Origin: an uncultured bacterium
GTDB taxonomy: Bacteria > Patescibacteriota > Patescibacteriia > Magasanikbacterales > UBA922
Direction: 5' to 3'
Length of the DNA stretch: 64,000 nt
Assembly (NCBI GenBank): GCA_937861125.1
Contig: CALMAY010000038.1
Span: 254,921 to 318,920 of the forward strand
Shown here: piece by piece, positions 59,925 through 64,000 of the stretch
How the letters are laid out: each line of letters starts with the position of its first letter
How positions within the stretch are numbered: position 1 is the stretch's first letter
Program-made: the position numbers and the translations under genes
Notes under the pieces: model-generated
Databases searched by the model: none
Seen by the model: the letters and a program-made list of their open reading frames with translations, nothing else
What the model was told of the DNA's origin: nothing

Positions 59925-60107
59925 ATGAAAGATGGAACGAGCGTCGCCATGATCGTCGTGCTCTACACCAGTATCGGTGTGGGATATGTGATCAACGGCA
60001 CACATGGCGTCTTTATTGGGCTCATAGTTACTTTTGCTGCAGGCATCATCCTCAGCATCGGTTTCTTGGGTCTCATCATTCAAAACCACCGAGAGAAGAG
60101 AAACTAA
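59925..60107 (+). CDS. small two-helix membrane protein, hypothetical
   Basis: 60 aa with two hydrophobic helices, a purine-rich GGGGGAG just upstream and a hairpin/T-run downstream. It is the only plus-strand ORF inside the suf block. Confidence 0.4.
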   Translation: MKDGTSVAMIVVLYTSIGVGYVINGTHGVFIGLIVTFAAGIILSIGFLGLIIQNHREKRN

Positions 60108-60124
60108 AAATTCCGCAATCAAAG

Positions 60125-60198
60125 ACCACCCGAACCAATGAGCAGTGTACTGAATTACTTGAGTACAGCGCTTAGGAGGAGTTCGGGTGGTGTTTTGT
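60125..60198 (+). terminator. long structured hairpin with T-rich tail
   Basis: 11-bp stem ACCACCCGAAC/GTTCGGGTGGT enclosing 45 nt (inner stem TGTACT/AGTACA), followed by GTTTTGTTTT. Confidence 0.5.
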
Positions 60199-60199
60199 T

Positions 60200-61159
60200 T
60201 TAGAAAAATTTTTCTTCGATAGTTGCTATATGACCAGAGACAAACAACTCCTCCGCTGTTTTTCTATCCAACCCACGCGAAAGAAAATAAAATAATTTCT
60301 CATCATCAATATAGGTCGTCGTCGCACCGTGTGAACACTTTACCTGATTATTGTTGATTTCTAGATTTGGAATTGCATTGATCTGAGCGCTATCTGAGAG
60401 CAGCAACGTGTCTTGACGTTCATACCCCTCACAATCATGCGCATCTGAGGCAATATGAACAAGACTACGATGCACTGCCTTGGCACTCCCACGAAGTACC
60501 CCTTTACTTATCGAATCTGACATGGTGTGCGGAGCAAGATGATATGTTGCTGCATAGATATCTGTTTGACTTGATTGACCTTGATCAAATACACCGTAGG
60601 TATTTCCTCTTGCGCCCTGTTGTTCTAGATATGTATGAAATGACGAGACATACACCTGTGTATGATGCACTTTTTCCACCCAGGTTATGTATGCATTCTG
60701 TTTTACATATGCACGAAACAATCGACATGCGATAGATGTTTTTTCTTTTGGGTCTATTTGATAGTGCACCGTCGCGCCTTCTTCAACAATAACATCAACA
60801 ATTGAGCCATACAACTCATTTGCAGACAATTCATCAGTAATAACCACACATGATCCTTTTGGAATAGTGATAACCAGGTGATGAATGTAATTGTCTGGAC
60901 GTGTCTCAAATGATAAAACGGAATTATTCATCACTGTCGCGTGTGTCTCAACACACAACACATCGATCATTGGGCCAAACACCGAAGTGCTCTCGCGACT
61001 ATGTAGTGCGTTTTTTTTATCTACGATATCGAAATTATCTATCCCACGCACCGCACTGCGCTGAAATATAAAATCAGAAAAACGATCAAATGGAATTTGA
61101 CTAATATCGGTAGTAATACCACTACCATATGGTATAAATTTTTTTTCTATGCTTGGCAT
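60200..61159 (-). CDS. sufD: Fe-S cluster assembly protein SufD
   Basis: SufB/D beta-helix C-terminus (..KCSHGATTTYIDDEKLFYFLSRGLDRKTAEELFVSGHI); directly downstream of sufB. Confidence 0.8.
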   Translation of the reverse strand: MPSIEKKFIPYGSGITTDISQIPFDRFSDFIFQRSAVRGIDNFDIVDKKNALHSRESTSVFGPMIDVLCVETHATVMNNSVLSFETRPDNYIHHLVITIPKGSCVVITDELSANELYGSIVDVIVEEGATVHYQIDPKEKTSIACRLFRAYVKQNAYITWVEKVHHTQVYVSSFHTYLEQQGARGNTYGVFDQGQSSQTDIYAATYHLAPHTMSDSISKGVLRGSAKAVHRSLVHIASDAHDCEGYERQDTLLLSDSAQINAIPNLEINNNQVKCSHGATTTYIDDEKLFYFLSRGLDRKTAEELFVSGHIATIEEKFF

Positions 61160-61167
61160 AATACAAA

Positions 61168-62568
61168 TTACCCAACGGAACCTTCCATTTCAAGCTCAAT
61201 CAACTTATTGAGCTCCACCGCATACTCAAGAGGAAGAGATTTGATGATTGGCTCAATAAATCCACTCACCACCATCTGCATCGCCTGTGCTTCTGAGAGT
61301 CCACGACTCATGAGATAAAAAATCTCCTCATCCCCTATTTTTCCTACTCGCGCCTCATGAGCTATATCCACCTTGCTGACATCAATTTTCATGTATGGAT
61401 GTGTGTTACTCACAGACGCTTCATCGATCAAAAGCGCGTCACATTCCACAGATACCTTTGACCGCTCCGCAGACTTGAGTACTTTGACCAGTCCACGATA
61501 TGTCGTAATACCACCACCTGCAGAAATAGATTTAGCAACAATCGTTGACCTCGTATCTGGAGCTGCATGAATCACCTTGCTCCCTGTATCTTGATTCTGA
61601 CCCTCTCCTGCAAAGGCGATACCCAGACTATCAGACTTAGCACCACGTCCACGCAGGATTGAACATGGATAGAGCATCGTCACGCCACTACCCATATTTC
61701 CATTGATCCACTCGATCACACCATTCTCATCCACCAGCGCACGCTTGGTATTGAGATTATAGGTATTCTTGCTCCAATTTTCGATACTGTAATATCGACA
61801 TCGCGCATTTTTGTGTACAAAAATTTCTACGCATCCTGCATGAATCGAGCTGCTATTGTATCGTGGTGCACTACAGCCTTCTATATACTGCACTTCTGCA
61901 CCTTCATCAACGATAATCAGTGTATGTTCAAACTGTCCTCCACGCTCGGCATTCATACGAAAGTATGCTTGCAATGGGAGATCTACTTTGACACCTTTTG
62001 GTACATAGATAAATGTCCCACCGCTCCACACCGCAGCGTGCAACATCACAAATTTGTGATCATTAATCGGAACACAACTTGTCATGAAGTATTTCTCTAC
62101 CAACTCTGGATATTCATGCACAGCAGTGTCCATGTTTTCAAACACGACACCTTTTACTTTGAGATCAGCTTTGAGATTGTGATACACAACATCACTATCA
62201 TACTGTGCACCCACACCCGCAAGCACTGTTTTTTCTGCTTCTGGAATACCCAGGCGATCAAACGTGTTTTTAATATCAGCAGGAACGTCATCCCAACTCG
62301 TTGCCTCCTGCGTTCCAGGGCGAACAAAGTACACAATGTTTTCCAAATCAAGCCCACTGAGATCTGGGCCCCATGTTGGAATCGCTGTTTGATTGTAGAG
62401 CTCAAATGCTTTGAGACGTTTCTCCAACATCCATGTTGGTTCATTTTTTTGTGTACTAATCTCTCGTACCACTTCTTCAGTCAATCCTGGGGTAGCTTTA
62501 AAAGACGACGAATCAACATTGGCGTCGTCATAGAAACTTCTATCTAATACACTACTATGATCTAACAT
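61168..62568 (-). CDS. sufB: Fe-S cluster assembly scaffold SufB
   Basis: Highly conserved SufB sequence (..HEARVGKIGDEEIFYLMSRGLSEAQAMQMVVSGF). Confidence 0.95.
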   Translation of the reverse strand: MLDHSSVLDRSFYDDANVDSSSFKATPGLTEEVVREISTQKNEPTWMLEKRLKAFELYNQTAIPTWGPDLSGLDLENIVYFVRPGTQEATSWDDVPADIKNTFDRLGIPEAEKTVLAGVGAQYDSDVVYHNLKADLKVKGVVFENMDTAVHEYPELVEKYFMTSCVPINDHKFVMLHAAVWSGGTFIYVPKGVKVDLPLQAYFRMNAERGGQFEHTLIIVDEGAEVQYIEGCSAPRYNSSSIHAGCVEIFVHKNARCRYYSIENWSKNTYNLNTKRALVDENGVIEWINGNMGSGVTMLYPCSILRGRGAKSDSLGIAFAGEGQNQDTGSKVIHAAPDTRSTIVAKSISAGGGITTYRGLVKVLKSAERSKVSVECDALLIDEASVSNTHPYMKIDVSKVDIAHEARVGKIGDEEIFYLMSRGLSEAQAMQMVVSGFIEPIIKSLPLEYAVELNKLIELEMEGSVG

Positions 62569-62569
62569 G

Positions 62570-63757
62570 CTACATCGTATTTAACAAACGCAACGTACGT
62601 GACAATTGTTTGATTACAAAAACACTATCCTCTTTTTTTGTCCCACGACCCATCGTTAGACGGATACACTCTTTTGCTTGTTTTTCAGATAGTCCAATTG
62701 CACGAAGCACATGTGAGCTACCATATGAATCAGTAGAGCATGCAGAGCCAGCGGAACATTCTATTCCCGCAGCATCCAAATACAAAATCAATGTTTCCGC
62801 TTCGATGTTTGGAATGTGAATATTGAGATTATTTGGCAATCGCTCATCCGTGCATTGTGGACCGTTTACTACACCAATGGATTGCTTCTGCAACTGTGAG
62901 AGAAAAGATATCTGTATTTGTCGCAATCGTTTTGCTTCCTTCTCTTTCATTTTTTCTACTAACTCTAATGCTTTTCCAAATCCAACAATTGCCGCAACGT
63001 TTTCTGTTCCACTACGCATACCTTTTTCTTGACCACCACCATACATAATTGACTCAAGCATCACACCACGACGTACAAACAACGCGCCAACTCCTTTTGG
63101 TCCATAGATTTTACTTCCGTTCACTGTCATGAGATCAACGTGTAAACGCTCAACAGAGAGATCGCAGTAATTAACCGCCTGACATGCATCAGTATGAAAT
63201 AAAACAGTTTGTTTTGGATTTTGTTTTCTATATTGCAACAACATCTTTCCAATCTCTGCAATTGGTTGAATGGTTCCAATCTCATTGTTTACATATCCAA
63301 TAGAAATCAAAACGGTATTTTTTTTAAGTGCTTTTTTTATCTGTTCAACCGTGATCAATCCATTTGAATCAACGGGAAGATATGTCACTGCACATCCTTC
63401 TTTTTCCAATTGACGAATTGGTTCGAGCACTGATGAATGCTCGATAGTAGTTGTGATGATATGCGGTCGAGCTTTTCTGGCACTATGATTTTTTAACTGT
63501 CTGACCGCACCAAGTATCGCCATATTATTCCCCTCAGTCCCTCCACTAGTAAATACAATCATGTCAGGGTTTGTATGAAGAACATCTGCAACTTGTCTAC
63601 GAGCACTCTCAACCGCTTGCCGAGCCACCACACCCGAACGATACAGTGCTGAAGGGTTTCCATGCTCTGATATCAAAAACGGCTTCATGACAGAAAACAC
63701 CCGTGAATCAAGCGGGGTTGCAGCAGCATGGTCGAGATAAATGCGTTTATGTAACAT
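62570..63757 (-). CDS. NifS/IscS-like class V cysteine desulfurase
   Basis: FTSGGTEGNN, GSKIYGPKGVGALF and ECSAGSACS (catalytic Cys loop). I chose the ATG at 63757; the track start is the TTG at 63778. Confidence 0.88.
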   Translation of the reverse strand: MLHKRIYLDHAAATPLDSRVFSVMKPFLISEHGNPSALYRSGVVARQAVESARRQVADVLHTNPDMIVFTSGGTEGNNMAILGAVRQLKNHSARKARPHIITTTIEHSSVLEPIRQLEKEGCAVTYLPVDSNGLITVEQIKKALKKNTVLISIGYVNNEIGTIQPIAEIGKMLLQYRKQNPKQTVLFHTDACQAVNYCDLSVERLHVDLMTVNGSKIYGPKGVGALFVRRGVMLESIMYGGGQEKGMRSGTENVAAIVGFGKALELVEKMKEKEAKRLRQIQISFLSQLQKQSIGVVNGPQCTDERLPNNLNIHIPNIEAETLILYLDAAGIECSAGSACSTDSYGSSHVLRAIGLSEKQAKECIRLTMGRGTKKEDSVFVIKQLSRTLRLLNTM

Positions 63758-63799
63758 ATAACATGTAACCTGTAACAATTTGTTACATGCTATATGTTA
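63752..63799. promoter_or_regulatory. 18-bp inverted repeat, candidate operator in the nifS-like / FNR-like divergent region
   Basis: TAACATATAACATGTAAC - 12 nt - GTTACATGCTATATGTTA (17/18 complementary), with a nested TGTAACA-ATT-TGTTACA. It overlaps the nifS-like start codon. Confidence 0.5.
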
Positions 63800-63885
63800 T
63801 ATGACATATATCTGCGATCTTGAAAAAAACAGACACATATGATACGATTCTACCGTAAATAAAGCCAAAAGTCAACCAAATAGAT

Positions 63886-64000
63886 ATGACAGAATACCGC
63901 ATCACCCTCCTCCAAAAAGAACAACTTACTCCAAATGTCTTTGAGCTCCGTTTCGATCGCCCAAAGGGCTTTGTTTTTTCTGCTGGCCAATTTATTCAAC
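63886..64000 (+). CDS. FNR-like FAD-binding oxidoreductase, N-terminal fragment (continues beyond window)
   Basis: MTEYRITLLQKEQLTPNVFELRFDRPKGFVFSAGQFIQ resembles the beta-barrel FAD-binding domain start of the ferredoxin-reductase family. Only 38 codons are visible. Confidence 0.45.
   Translation, partial: MTEYRITLLQKEQLTPNVFELRFDRPKGFVFSAGQFIQ

Overview
The window looks like a chromosomal segment of a small, AT-leaning bacterial genome. I infer a Patescibacteria/CPR-like organism from the gene content: DUF5671, FemAB-like, many NUDIX genes, SD-poor starts and short housekeeping proteins. I can support about 70 protein genes and found no rRNA, tRNA or CRISPR array. From about 3.1 kb to 53.6 kb every gene is on the minus strand. 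Housekeeping blocks are metG/typA, a wall and division cluster (ftsQ-like, femAB-like, degT-like, murF), serS, lysS and greA, followed by mrdA-mreDCB, proS and a complete F1Fo ATP synthase operon (atpZ-B-E-F-H-A-G-D-C). Further along come an envelope cluster (Memo-CapA fusion, CvpA, M23 peptidase, GDPD), gltX, clpB behind a CIRCE operator, and a large Fe-S block (two ferredoxins, sufT-like, sufC, sufE, sufS, sufD, sufB, nifS-like). The main accessory region is a visibly more AT-rich island at about 23.4-28.9 kb. It holds a tightly coupled four-gene operon: Dam-type methylase, MutH/Sau3AI-fold endonuclease, second methylase and OLD-family ATPase-Toprim nuclease. It also holds a KTSC-NYN gene pair with a promoter/terminator-defined antisense small RNA candidate. 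Other notable items:
- a 28-bp dif-like 11-6-11 site at the convergent strand switch
- palindromic MITE/REP-like elements inside the mre operon and the suf cluster
- a DUF559 gene bracketed by 40-bp inverted repeats
- an unannotated 47-aa, 9-cysteine ORF with its own terminator
- GC-rich double hairpins carrying a mini-ORF
- period-7 repeat arrays in the atpB-atpE spacer
- several unusual domain fusions
All calls come from reading the sequence and translations by eye; no searches were run.
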